Positions 10,243 to 19,817 of a DNA stretch of 64,000 bases are shown in pieces. How positions within the stretch are numbered: the first letter of the stretch is position 1; each line of letters starts with the position of its first letter. The notes beneath the pieces were generated by a model. That model ran no database searches. It worked only from the letters and a program-made list of their open reading frames with translations, and was not told the origin of the DNA. A program made the translations under genes and the position numbers. This stretch comes from a virus. Its lineage: Duplodnaviria; Caudoviricetes. The stretch lies in IMG/VR virus record IMGVR_UViG_3300031418_000007. The stretch is one strand, 5' to 3'.

Positions 10243-10592
10243 CGGGCTAAATCTCCCAGAGTAGAAAGGTAAGCAAGGTCATTCTCGACGTCACTGAACA
10301 TCCCGTCGATCAACATGGCTTCATTTTTGTAGAATCGGTCAACTCCGCCATGTTCCTCATCCCACCGGCTCGGGGTGATGTGTGCACGAACAAGAGCATC
10401 TATATCACGGTTAAAAGAATGGTCCGTAACTATAGAATCTATACGGTTAAGGACCAGGGTCTTTAGAACCTCATTTTGCTCTTCATTTATGTCAGGTGGA
10501 AAGTCATACTTTACTGTGAAAAGTTGCTGCTGCCCGAGGTGGCGGTGAGCTGCCCCACCTGTTCGGCGATCATTTTTATTTCTATTTTCCAT
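10173..10592 (-). CDS. Hypothetical protein (139 aa; start uncertain)
   Basis: ORF in the operon. Confidence 0.6.
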   Translation of the reverse strand: MENRNKNDRRTGGAAHRHLGQQQLFTVKYDFPPDINEEQNEVLKTLVLNRIDSIVTDHSFNRDIDALVRAHITPSRWDEEHGGVDRFYKNEAMLIDGMFSDVENDLAYLSTLGDLARCQASNFQVRLMTDNRIYLQLVF

Positions 10593-10939
10593 ACGTCACT
10601 CTTTTGACCTCTGACGACATGAAGTTGATTAAGTTTCAAGAAGTCCCCAATGAAGAACCGACACCCCTCTTCGAACACCTTTTCGTAGAAGGGCTCAATT
10701 TCTCGGTCTAACATATAAAGGTTGTTACCGAGATGCCATCGAGCGTTGTAGAGAATAACCTCTTCAGCCTTGGTGCTCAGGTGAGTTTCCAATAACTCAT
10801 AGAAGAAGTCATCATCGAACCCACCTGTGGTTTCACCGCGAGACATTGCCACCTCTAATATAGGTTGGCAGAAATCTCGGATGTCACGTGAATAACCGGT
10901 CGGTAGTTTAATCAGATCAATAGTCTGTTTCATACACAC
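10511..10939 (-). CDS. Hypothetical protein (about 140 aa)
   Basis: AGGAG upstream of GTG/ATG. Confidence 0.7.
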   Translation of the reverse strand: MCMKQTIDLIKLPTGYSRDIRDFCQPILEVAMSRGETTGGFDDDFFYELLETHLSTKAEEVILYNARWHLGNNLYMLDREIEPFYEKVFEEGCRFFIGDFLKLNQLHVVRGQKSDVWKIEIKMIAEQVGQLTATSGSSNFSQ

Positions 10940-10960
10940 TCCTAATAGACTACTGAATTG

Positions 10961-11395
10961 TCAGTCAAGTTTTATTTCACCGTCGATCACGAAAGTGGTG
11001 AGTCTGGCTTGTAACGCGTGGATGCGCGTGGTGTGGTTAAAACCAAAACGACGCTTGTGTTCCTTATAATCCAGGTTCACAAGATCAGTAAGCTCAGAAC
11101 GACGACGTGGAGAGCCCCAGAACATCGGCGCATCTTTCTTGAAGGTAATACGCAGACGGTAACCGTAAACCTTGTCACGGAGCTTACGCAGCTCTAAACG
11201 ATACCCACACGGGTTGTGATCGATCTCCAGATTCAGCATAGGGTAAGAGCGTGCCCAACCTTCAACGAGTTCACCTTTCTTCTCCATTGACGGCAGCGTA
11301 GGGGTAACAAGACTTACTACTGAAGCATTGATACCGGCCAGATCCAAATAATAGTTCTTGTAGCGATTCTTCAACAAACGACTTAAAGAAGACAT
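10961..11395 (-). CDS. Hypothetical basic protein (144 aa)
   Basis: GGAG upstream of ATG; first gene after the promoter motif at about 11431. Confidence 0.75.
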   Translation of the reverse strand: MSSLSRLLKNRYKNYYLDLAGINASVVSLVTPTLPSMEKKGELVEGWARSYPMLNLEIDHNPCGYRLELRKLRDKVYGYRLRITFKKDAPMFWGSPRRRSELTDLVNLDYKEHKRRFGFNHTTRIHALQARLTTFVIDGEIKLD

Positions 11396-11428
11396 AGTAA
11401 CTCCGTGATTAGTAGATGATGACTAGCT

Positions 11429-11448
11429 GGGTAATATAGATTCCAAAA
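11429..11448 (-). promoter_or_regulatory. Early-type phage promoter motif
   Basis: Minus strand reads TTTTGGAATCTATATTACCC, containing the phiKZ early consensus TATATTAC. Confidence 0.65.
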
Positions 11449-11493
11449 AGAATAACTGGAGAAAGGGTGGAACTTAATCCACCCCTTGACCTG

Positions 11494-12159
11494 TTACTCT
11501 AACGGGCTTTTGCTGGTCCAGCTTTTGCTGCGCATGTCGAGCAGCGTTGGTGTCCATGGCATTTTAATACCGTTACTATAATTGACGGTGAGCATGAGCA
11601 TTTTGTCTTCGCCCATTTTCGCCTCTTCCAATACCACCCAGGCCGTTGCGTTGTCCCACTCTTCGCAACGAATGGCCAGCGTGCCCGGCAGTGCTTCTAA
11701 TACCGCATCAATGGCCTGGCCAAAGCTTTGGTCATTGATCTCACTGCCTTTGTCGTTGGCTGGGGTGAAGGTCGCAGAATGGCTCTCAGTGCCTGTGGCG
11801 AGGTCAACCGTGGGCTGCGTTTTCTGCACGTGGTTGATGTTCTCTTCAGGCGGTAACACTTCCACCGTCCAGCGTGTCCCCACCATGTTGAACTCATCGT
11901 TCTCCCAGGCTTCAGGTGCTTTGTTTTCGGTTTTCACCATCCACACCACCACGGGTTCCTGGCCTTCTACTTCCAGTGGAGCACGGAAGATCCAGCGACT
12001 CTGGTCGTCCCAGCTCTCGTCACGGATGCGTGCTTCGCCGGCCGGTACTTGATCGATGATGTAATAGGCAACGTCAGCAGGCACGCCGGTTTTCAGGCCA
12101 CGTTCCGCAATGAAGTCACCGATACGCTCTAAAGTTACTTGATCAAAAATCTGAGACAT
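11494..12159 (-). CDS. Two-domain protein with a C-terminal DUF2829/Tad2-like domain
   Basis: SFGQAIDAVLE...IRCEEW...MPWTPTLLDMRSKSW fits the DUF2829 pattern FGxA...RxxW...PW.P...D....W (matched by eye). Confidence 0.6.
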   Translation of the reverse strand: MSQIFDQVTLERIGDFIAERGLKTGVPADVAYYIIDQVPAGEARIRDESWDDQSRWIFRAPLEVEGQEPVVVWMVKTENKAPEAWENDEFNMVGTRWTVEVLPPEENINHVQKTQPTVDLATGTESHSATFTPANDKGSEINDQSFGQAIDAVLEALPGTLAIRCEEWDNATAWVVLEEAKMGEDKMLMLTVNYSNGIKMPWTPTLLDMRSKSWTSKSPLE

Positions 12160-12212
12160 ACATACTCCTGTAAAGAGTAAGAGGTTTCCCCCTTACTCCG
12201 GTTGGTTAATAA

Positions 12213-13757
12213 CTACGCTAAGGTAAAGCCCGTATCAACACTCTGGTAACTCAAGGAAGATTCCTCAAAGAGTTCTTTACGGTACTTGTGGTACTCTTTG
12301 TGTTTCTTTTCGTTCAGGCACACGGTATAACCATAGATACGTTCCAGGTCTGGGTTCTCGCTCTGTTTAATAGGACGAATGCGCCCACGCATCTGATAGT
12401 TACGCTGCAATGACTTCACGTTGTGGAAGCTAATGCAGGTAATCAACCCTGGAATGTCTTTACCTGTACCACACGAACCCGGCGTTGAGAACACGACCTC
12501 GTGTTTACGGTACTCGTCTTTGGTATCCGCTTTACCTCCCTGCTCCCCGGTAAATGAAATCGCATCCAAATCTGGATAACGTTTCAACAGCGCCGCCACC
12601 ATGATCTTGCACGTCTCTACCTTGGTAAAGAAGAACAAACACTTGGTGTCAGGCCGACGACGATGATAGTAGTAGTCATCAAAGAACTTATACATCATTT
12701 CGATATACTGAGGACGAAGCTTGTGGTTATCCATAATAGAAGCTTCAAACACGGTATCGTTGTAAACACCACGCGCCATGGAACGAATCCGGTGCTTGCT
12801 GGTATCCACACGATAGAACAATGCCTTGACGTGCATGTGTGCTGAGTATTCCGTTTCTCTCAGTCGACACTCCTTGGGATACAGATAACCGTAGATCTTG
12901 TTGGTCATCGCGTCTTCTGCTTTAACCGTTGCGGTGTTGGCAATGGTCTTGCGGATGTTCCCAAACATCATAGACAGATACAGCTGATGAATCGATTCGT
13001 GCGCTTCGTCATACACGCGTAAGCCTGGACGATACTCACGATAGAAGTCATCTAAGTCAGGTGCCAGAGGATCAGCTTTGGACTTCTTGAGCATGATGTC
13101 GATCTTGGTTAAACTAATAACCACGATCTTGGGATTTATCGTCCCTTTCTTCAATGCTGCCAGGAAGTTATCTAATCCACCGACGTCTGTCTCAACATAG
13201 TCTTCGGGACCTATGTCTAACAGGTTGCCACACTCGACCTTCCAAATAGGCAAGAAGCGGGCGTTGGCGATAATCACAACGCGCTGCTGCAACTGCACAG
13301 CGGTCCAGATGGACATAAAGGTTTTCCCTACCCCTGTTGCAGCGTTGTTTAACTTAAGGGGACCCTCTTCCATGATGTACTTCAGCCAATCCAGCTGGTC
13401 ATCTTTCGGGGTACCTATTCCCGGCTTGAAATTAATCGTCACGGGCATAGGGATTATTTCAGGCTCGTTAACCTGAAGGATTCGTTTGGGTGCGTAACCT
13501 CGGGTGCCAATAAAAGTTTTAAGTTCTTCCAACAAACTGCTTGTAAATCGAATTTCCGACTGGTCGTGGTTAAACCGCATAAAGCGATGGGTAACCGCCA
13601 TGACCTGAAGACGGGGATTGTGCTTGGCTGGCACCATCCCCGTTTTAGACAAGTACATGCGACAAAACGGCTTTAATACTCGATCGACAAATTCCTCAGC
13701 GTAATCGTACACCCTGAGGTAGTTGTTGGCCACGGATATAACACACGTATGTCGCAT
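12213..13757 (-). CDS. Superfamily 2 helicase (phiKZ gp75-like)
   Basis: Walker A AATGVGKT, DEAH box (YDEAHE), TAT motif III, GTGKDIP and QMRGRIR motifs. Confidence 0.9.
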   Translation of the reverse strand: MRHTCVISVANNYLRVYDYAEEFVDRVLKPFCRMYLSKTGMVPAKHNPRLQVMAVTHRFMRFNHDQSEIRFTSSLLEELKTFIGTRGYAPKRILQVNEPEIIPMPVTINFKPGIGTPKDDQLDWLKYIMEEGPLKLNNAATGVGKTFMSIWTAVQLQQRVVIIANARFLPIWKVECGNLLDIGPEDYVETDVGGLDNFLAALKKGTINPKIVVISLTKIDIMLKKSKADPLAPDLDDFYREYRPGLRVYDEAHESIHQLYLSMMFGNIRKTIANTATVKAEDAMTNKIYGYLYPKECRLRETEYSAHMHVKALFYRVDTSKHRIRSMARGVYNDTVFEASIMDNHKLRPQYIEMMYKFFDDYYYHRRRPDTKCLFFFTKVETCKIMVAALLKRYPDLDAISFTGEQGGKADTKDEYRKHEVVFSTPGSCGTGKDIPGLITCISFHNVKSLQRNYQMRGRIRPIKQSENPDLERIYGYTVCLNEKKHKEYHKYRKELFEESSLSYQSVDTGFTLA

Positions 13758-13772
13758 GACTGCTCCTACGGA

Positions 13773-15782
13773 TTATTCTCTACGACCATAATGCCAATAA
13801 GCCTCGAAAGGTGATGGTTGACGCTCTTTGACTAAGAATGAACTGAAGTTGTTGAGTACGTTTTGCTGGTGATCATAGATCATCAGTGTACCAAAACCGC
13901 GGTTCCAAATGGCGTTCTGGAAGCTCACGAAATAACGTGGAGCGTGCCCGTTTACCAGTCCATAGTATCCGTGTTTCGGATTCTTAGCCATTACAGCGTA
14001 CAACAGCACTTCACAGTGCAGAATGTTGATGCCTTTGAATTTGTGGTTCAACATCTCCCACATTTCAACCAACACTTCACCAAACCGCGCTGGGGTGACT
14101 TCCTGTTCTTTCCACTGATTGTTACGCTTAGAGTGCGCCATAAAGCTTTCCACTTCACGACGATAGATATCCATATCTTCCTGGGTATACGGCAGTGTAA
14201 ACAGCGGCTGCTCGTGATGCCAGTTACTCAGATCAATGGCAATGAACTTCTTGTCAATAACTTCCCATCCGTTCTCAAAGATGAACTCCAACAGATCTTT
14301 TGACATGCGGGCGCTGCGACTTGGAATAGACGTTTTCACTGAACGCTGATACATGGTCTTGCCGCCGATCATGATGTCCTCAGTTGTGTACTGCAAACTG
14401 GCTTCATCAAAGTACGACAGCTTGTCCACGGTAACGTCATCGAGGTTATCCAACGAACGAATGTCGGTTAACTCTTTGGTTACAGCAGAACTCACGATCA
14501 GTTTGGTTCCGTCCATACAGAGTTCTTTCAGTAAGAAAATATCATCTCCGTTGGTGATGATAGCGTCTTTGTCTTGGCTTCGCACAACAAACGGTGTGGC
14601 TACGGTGTTTCTCAGGAAGTGCTTGATAGACAGCATTCCCTGGCCGATTGGACGACATACTGCGGTCGCGGAATAAATCCCGATATTACAATCCATTTGC
14701 ATCATGGTGTTGTACGGGTAAGCATGTTTCATCTGCCCCACACAACAACCACATGGCTTGCTCGGATCTTTTGACGTACAGTACGGAATAGAACGAATCA
14801 AAATCGTGTCACCGATCTCAACGCTTTTCGCATACTGCGCATCAATCAAGACCAAGCTACCGTCATCAGCTACTGCGTACTTACCAAAGCAAGCGTGCAG
14901 GAACTCTTTGGACTTGATCTTGAGCGGCACCGGTAAATCAGTGTTGCAATCCGAGAAGTGATCAATCTCACGCACAACGGCTGCGTGAAGCTGGTTCTTA
15001 CGGTGGAACCATTCGGCGCCTTGCAGGGCTTTACCTGAGGTGATCAGTGCTTTACCGGCACCGTTCTTCTCAGCCAGTGAGTCTGCTAGGTTAACGATAC
15101 CTTCCGCATATGAATCCATGATTGGGTTCGGGAAGATACTGTTATCCAGGTCAAACACTGCACCACGTACAACGATTGACTGGTACGCCTGGTTGTAGCT
15201 GGTACCACCGGTGCGACACAGCAGAGGAAGCATGGCGTTGTTCAGCGTTGGCGACGTTGACATATAGGTGATGAATTCTGTTTCACCTTCGTCAATGGTA
15301 ATCTTGCCGCTGAGTACACGCTGTTTGATATCAACGATACCTGGGTCTTCCATAACCTCAATCAGGTCATCAGACGTCACGGAGATTGCAAACCGTTCAG
15401 TCATGGCCGTTAAGAGGTTATTGATTTTGGCCTGCCAGATATGAATCATCATTTTGATGCTATCTGCTTCTACCGGGTCTTTCATGTCGCGCATCACAAT
15501 CGGTAAGAACTGGTTCAGTGGGCGTGCCAAGAGTTTATCTTCGCACACCTCCAGTTCCTGATCGCGGATCCACACTCGCGCCACTTCCTTAATAAGGTAG
15601 GGGAACGAGTTATAGTTGCGGTGGACAATCATACCCTGCCAGGTCAGCAACAGGGATTGTGTGTCGGTGAGCAAGGTATCGCCGTTGTCATCAGTGACTT
15701 CAACAGTTTTGTAATAACCCAGCCAGCGTAACACAGTGGTTTCCGGTAAATTAGCAAATTCACGTAAACCTATTTTGATCAT
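13773..15782 (-). CDS. Non-virion RNAP beta' subunit, C-terminal part (phiKZ gp74-like)
   Basis: Zn-site cysteines (SDCN...PYCTSKDPSKPCGCCVG), IGQGMLSIKH trigger-loop-like motif, and synteny. Confidence 0.8.
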   Translation of the reverse strand: MIKIGLREFANLPETTVLRWLGYYKTVEVTDDNGDTLLTDTQSLLLTWQGMIVHRNYNSFPYLIKEVARVWIRDQELEVCEDKLLARPLNQFLPIVMRDMKDPVEADSIKMMIHIWQAKINNLLTAMTERFAISVTSDDLIEVMEDPGIVDIKQRVLSGKITIDEGETEFITYMSTSPTLNNAMLPLLCRTGGTSYNQAYQSIVVRGAVFDLDNSIFPNPIMDSYAEGIVNLADSLAEKNGAGKALITSGKALQGAEWFHRKNQLHAAVVREIDHFSDCNTDLPVPLKIKSKEFLHACFGKYAVADDGSLVLIDAQYAKSVEIGDTILIRSIPYCTSKDPSKPCGCCVGQMKHAYPYNTMMQMDCNIGIYSATAVCRPIGQGMLSIKHFLRNTVATPFVVRSQDKDAIITNGDDIFLLKELCMDGTKLIVSSAVTKELTDIRSLDNLDDVTVDKLSYFDEASLQYTTEDIMIGGKTMYQRSVKTSIPSRSARMSKDLLEFIFENGWEVIDKKFIAIDLSNWHHEQPLFTLPYTQEDMDIYRREVESFMAHSKRNNQWKEQEVTPARFGEVLVEMWEMLNHKFKGINILHCEVLLYAVMAKNPKHGYYGLVNGHAPRYFVSFQNAIWNRGFGTLMIYDHQQNVLNNFSSFLVKERQPSPFEAYWHYGRRE

Positions 15783-17887
15783 AATTCAATGTCCCTGTCT
15801 TCAGGCTGTTCCGCACGCAAGATGTAACCCGAGTCACTCAGTAACTCAGAACCCATGATCACTGCACGGTTGGTAGCGATCTCGTCATCGGTGACGATAC
15901 AGTCGATGTCGAATGGATTATCGGCACGGATAATGCGTTTGATGGCGTTGTTACGCACGATGGAGCTGTTGGCCATTGCCAGCTGCTTGATGTTCTCTTT
16001 GGAACCGTTGTGGGCTGCTTCCCAACGAGTCTCTGACTCGCCCACGTTACGGCTGCCTTTGTCGATATACCAGTTGGTGTGTTTGTCACCCTGGCTATTC
16101 GATGCTGGCATACCAAAGGGGTTCTCTTTCGGGAACGCCTGAGAACTGTCATCAGCACCAAACTTATCCAACAACATATAGTACATGCTGGTCAGTAAGA
16201 TTGGATAATGAGACTCAACCATTTCACCAAATGCATCGCGGAACTTAACCTTCTGCGGTTTGTGTTTGAACACCTTACGAAGCTCACGGATAATGTTAAT
16301 ACCGTAAAGTTCTGAGTCCGAACGCAAATGCACAGAGATGTTGTTCTTACAGATGTAGTCGATATGCTCGTCGCGGTCTTCCTGCGTTTGCATAACGTTC
16401 TGCACCACTTCAGCGAACTCCGGGAAACCTGTAGAATAGAACAGGAACACACGGTCGTACGCTTCTTTGTACTTGCCTTCATTACGCAGCGCAATGATTT
16501 CTTTATGCACTTGCAGGTTAATGAAGTTGATCGTGGCTTCTGCCAGCATGGTCATGATCTGGCGACGGAATGCCGGCGTGTTGTTAATGATGATGTCTGC
16601 GTAGGTACCGTCCTCATAATGCGGTGCGTCTTCCCACGGAATCATATCAACCGCAACACCTTTGTCCCCGTTGGTACCCGCCATCTTGAACTTCACACGA
16701 CCCGCAACTTCTTCTTTCAAACGGATAGTGATCTTCCAATCTTTCTGACGGATGTTCTTGTAGGAGTAACCCAGGTTATTCAGCTGACCGTTACGGCGCG
16801 TGTGTTTGCCGTAAGAATCGCGAATAAAGCGATCCAGTTCAAAGCTCACTTCCGGTTCCTGGTTACCCATGCGAGTAATCAGACGCTCGTACCAGTTAAT
16901 CACTTCAACATAGAAGTTGTTCTGCATGGATTCGAATTCACGCATGGCTTCATTGTGTTGCTGTGGGATCTGGTCTGGGCTGCGGTTATGAGAACGATCT
17001 TTGATCTTCTCGCCCTCTACGATCACATCCATCATCACTGAAGAAGGTGGTGCGTGGAAGAGTTTGTCAAACAGGTAGTCAGGTTTCATCAACCCGGTCT
17101 TCGTGAGTGACACCAGTGGGTTACTGTTGTTACGGCGGCGGAAGCCCATGACAATACCGTCTTCACGGATTGATTCACCCGGACGTGCAAACGGGAGTGG
17201 GTTATCAGCGGTACCGTACAAGTTCAACGGAATCCAGTCGGCTTCGTTGTATTCAAAGCCACGTTCGTGTTTAAACATGCAGCGTAATTTATCACGCGCA
17301 TAGCGATCGGTAATACGGATGCCGTCCTCTTCTGTAGCATGACTTGACATCGCACAAACAATAGTTTCTGTCCCGAAGTTCCATTCATTACTGGCCCGCA
17401 CACGAGGTGAGCGTGCAAATTCTTCACCCTTGGAATACGTTGCACCACGTTTGAGTTTACGCATCATCTCCTTGTCGTAAACGTATTCAAACCCGACGTA
17501 AGTATTTTGTGTGTGGAAACGAGGTAACACTAACACATCGAAATAGTTTTTATCATCGTTCTTAAAGACCACGAAGATTTCTTTCCATCCGTCTGTGAGA
17601 ATGCCATCCCCGCGACTTGACTTGACGTAGAACACTTCTTCTACCGTCATGTCTGATGTACAGCGGATTGAACGCGCTGTGTTACCGTACTGTTTCTCAA
17701 ACCCCGTAGTAATTAAACGCTCACTGTTCCCAGATACGACTACCGACTTTGGCACCATGTTACCTTCCATATAAAGACGTGACGCTGAGTCTCCATACGG
17801 CATGATGTTCAAGTTGGTATTGACTCCGATTACATCAGGGTACATCTGATTAATCTTGGTCAACTTAATTGGATTAGGCTTCTTCAT
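15779..17887 (-). CDS. Non-virion RNAP beta subunit, C-terminal part (phiKZ gp71-73-like), uninterrupted
   Basis: beta motifs EEDGIRI, KMAGTNGDKGV, DIIINN and RNVGESE. Confidence 0.85.
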   Translation of the reverse strand: MKKPNPIKLTKINQMYPDVIGVNTNLNIMPYGDSASRLYMEGNMVPKSVVVSGNSERLITTGFEKQYGNTARSIRCTSDMTVEEVFYVKSSRGDGILTDGWKEIFVVFKNDDKNYFDVLVLPRFHTQNTYVGFEYVYDKEMMRKLKRGATYSKGEEFARSPRVRASNEWNFGTETIVCAMSSHATEEDGIRITDRYARDKLRCMFKHERGFEYNEADWIPLNLYGTADNPLPFARPGESIREDGIVMGFRRRNNSNPLVSLTKTGLMKPDYLFDKLFHAPPSSVMMDVIVEGEKIKDRSHNRSPDQIPQQHNEAMREFESMQNNFYVEVINWYERLITRMGNQEPEVSFELDRFIRDSYGKHTRRNGQLNNLGYSYKNIRQKDWKITIRLKEEVAGRVKFKMAGTNGDKGVAVDMIPWEDAPHYEDGTYADIIINNTPAFRRQIMTMLAEATINFINLQVHKEIIALRNEGKYKEAYDRVFLFYSTGFPEFAEVVQNVMQTQEDRDEHIDYICKNNISVHLRSDSELYGINIIRELRKVFKHKPQKVKFRDAFGEMVESHYPILLTSMYYMLLDKFGADDSSQAFPKENPFGMPASNSQGDKHTNWYIDKGSRNVGESETRWEAAHNGSKENIKQLAMANSSIVRNNAIKRIIRADNPFDIDCIVTDDEIATNRAVIMGSELLSDSGYILRAEQPEDRDIEL

Positions 17888-17917
17888 GCATGTCCTCTAC
17901 TGACGTTTAACAGTTTT

Positions 17918-18295
17918 GTGTATCACTACCTTGATAATATAGGTTCGAAAGAATATTGGAGCAGCACAATGCCCTTAACCACCAGCAACATTTCAGAAAG
18001 CGACATCTATTATACAGATGAATTCAAAACCCTCATCCGTAGTCATCGCGAATATCTTCTTGCAGCAACTGAGCCCAGCGTCGAACTCGATACATCCTTG
18101 CTGTATGCTTTTAAGAATGACTTCTTTGGTTACTTAAGAGCAAAGGGTGTAGAACCCAAGTTGTGGTGGGTGTGCGCTTATTTATCTGGTATCAAGACTC
18201 CGTTTCAAGATATCAGTCGTCTAGAGAAATGGTATCGACCAGATCAAGACGCCATCGACCGTATTATATCACGTAGTAATACCGTACGTAGTTAA
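17918..18295 (+). CDS. Small protein, possibly a LysM-like baseplate wedge (T4 gp53/P2 gpX-like)
   Basis: The pattern KNDFFGYLRAKG..LWWVCAYLSGIKTP resembles the gp53/gpX family; by eye only. Confidence 0.45.
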   Translation: MYHYLDNIGSKEYWSSTMPLTTSNISESDIYYTDEFKTLIRSHREYLLAATEPSVELDTSLLYAFKNDFFGYLRAKGVEPKLWWVCAYLSGIKTPFQDISRLEKWYRPDQDAIDRIISRSNTVRS

Positions 18296-18316
18296 ATAAA
18301 AAAAAAAGATATATAA

Positions 18317-18348
18317 TACTACTCCTACCCTCGCGGGTAGGAGTAGTA
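18317..18348. terminator. Bidirectional intrinsic terminator (same family)
   Basis: tactactcctaccc-TCGC-gggtaggagtagta between convergent genes. Confidence 0.85.
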
Positions 18349-18366
18349 ATGTTTACATATCAGTTA

Positions 18367-19794
18367 TTACCAGGCTGAATCGATAATGTCACCGCCGGTA
18401 GAACTCGCTGATGGTGCTGGCGCGTTGTACTGTGGTGCATACGGAGAAACCTGTTGTTGCTGAACGTTCACTGGACGACCCCACTGGTCAAACAGCTGCG
18501 GTGGCTGAACCTGAGCCTGACCATAACCGTACGGCTGTTGGTTGTAGCCCGGGTAACCGTTCTGGTTAGCGGTTTCACGATGCAGGAAGTTACCCAGACG
18601 TGAACACACGTAGATCACGTGCTGGTTGTTCATGTCCAGTGCATAGTGGTGAACACGCTGCTGCGCGCCGTTGAAGATAGGTTCAGAACGAATATAACGA
18701 TCGCCGTTCCACATGGTTGGGACCTTCATGTGGAATTCGATGCCGTTGATATTGCGAACTTCGTCACCACCAATCTGGCCTTGCTGCGGCGCGCCACCCT
18801 GAACGTGCTGCGTTTGGGTGCTGATGTTAAACAGGTTACCCATGTTGCCGCCGAGTGCGTTGTTCTGCTGCTCGCCTTCCTTATAGACGTTGTGGCTGTT
18901 GTAATCCAGTTCCGGCACCTGACGATAGAACTCTGGGATCTCTTCCAGGTGTTCTTCCCAGCTTACGTCGATGTTGTGAACAGACTTCTTGTCGAACTCA
19001 CCGCGGAACATGTTCTGCGCGCGGTTAAGCTGACCTGCAATATTGCCAAAGCAGTACATGAACGCAGTGAAGCGCGCCGCCACCGGAATGAGTGCATCGA
19101 ACTCATGCGCATCCGGGTTATTGGTTGCCGGCATAATTGAACGGAACAGATGAATGGCCAGTTCAATCGCTTCGCGGCTCATGGTGAAGTTGTTAACCGA
19201 TACCGTGGCGTTCTTAGGCTGACCTTCAGAACGCGCCAGTTCACGAACCAGCACATCATACAGTGGGAAACTCGGCTTGGCTTTGTAATACACGCGTTCG
19301 CCGTTTTCGCCTTTGCCGCCTTTGGTGATTTTGAAATGGATGAAACGATTGTCAATCGAATCTTCAATCTCAACGGTCAGACGCGCCAGCATGTTGTACA
19401 CTTCATCCTTGACGCTTTTCTTAACGGTGGTCAGCGGACTGATCACATCATAAACGGCCTGGTTCCAGCTCTTCTTTTCTTTCCTGGATGAGATCTCAAA
19501 CAGGATAGGAATCATAGAACGGAACACAGACAGCAAACGAATGCCGGCCAGACGACGACTCAGCTTAAAGACTTCCGTTTCTTTACTGATGATGCTTTCG
19601 CAGGTTGGGTGGAAGTACACTTTCTGGTCGCTGCCCGAGTTCAGCGCTTCAGAGATCGGCAGATGCAGATCTTTGGAGTCGATACGCAGCGGATACTCTT
19701 TACCCAGCATCAGGCAGGTAACTTTACCGTTCTGATCAATCTTACAACCCCACGCTTGCAGAATGGATTCGTACAGACGATTTAATTCGTTCAT
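18367..19794 (-). CDS. Core protein (phiKZ gp70 position) with a Q/P/Y/G-rich C-terminal tail
   Basis: 475-aa ORF syntenic between the PicA-like and nvRNAP beta genes. Confidence 0.7.
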   Translation of the reverse strand: MNELNRLYESILQAWGCKIDQNGKVTCLMLGKEYPLRIDSKDLHLPISEALNSGSDQKVYFHPTCESIISKETEVFKLSRRLAGIRLLSVFRSMIPILFEISSRKEKKSWNQAVYDVISPLTTVKKSVKDEVYNMLARLTVEIEDSIDNRFIHFKITKGGKGENGERVYYKAKPSFPLYDVLVRELARSEGQPKNATVSVNNFTMSREAIELAIHLFRSIMPATNNPDAHEFDALIPVAARFTAFMYCFGNIAGQLNRAQNMFRGEFDKKSVHNIDVSWEEHLEEIPEFYRQVPELDYNSHNVYKEGEQQNNALGGNMGNLFNISTQTQHVQGGAPQQGQIGGDEVRNINGIEFHMKVPTMWNGDRYIRSEPIFNGAQQRVHHYALDMNNQHVIYVCSRLGNFLHRETANQNGYPGYNQQPYGYGQAQVQPPQLFDQWGRPVNVQQQQVSPYAPQYNAPAPSASSTGGDIIDSAW

Positions 19795-19817
19795 GGTTAT
19801 TCCTGTTATTTGATAAT

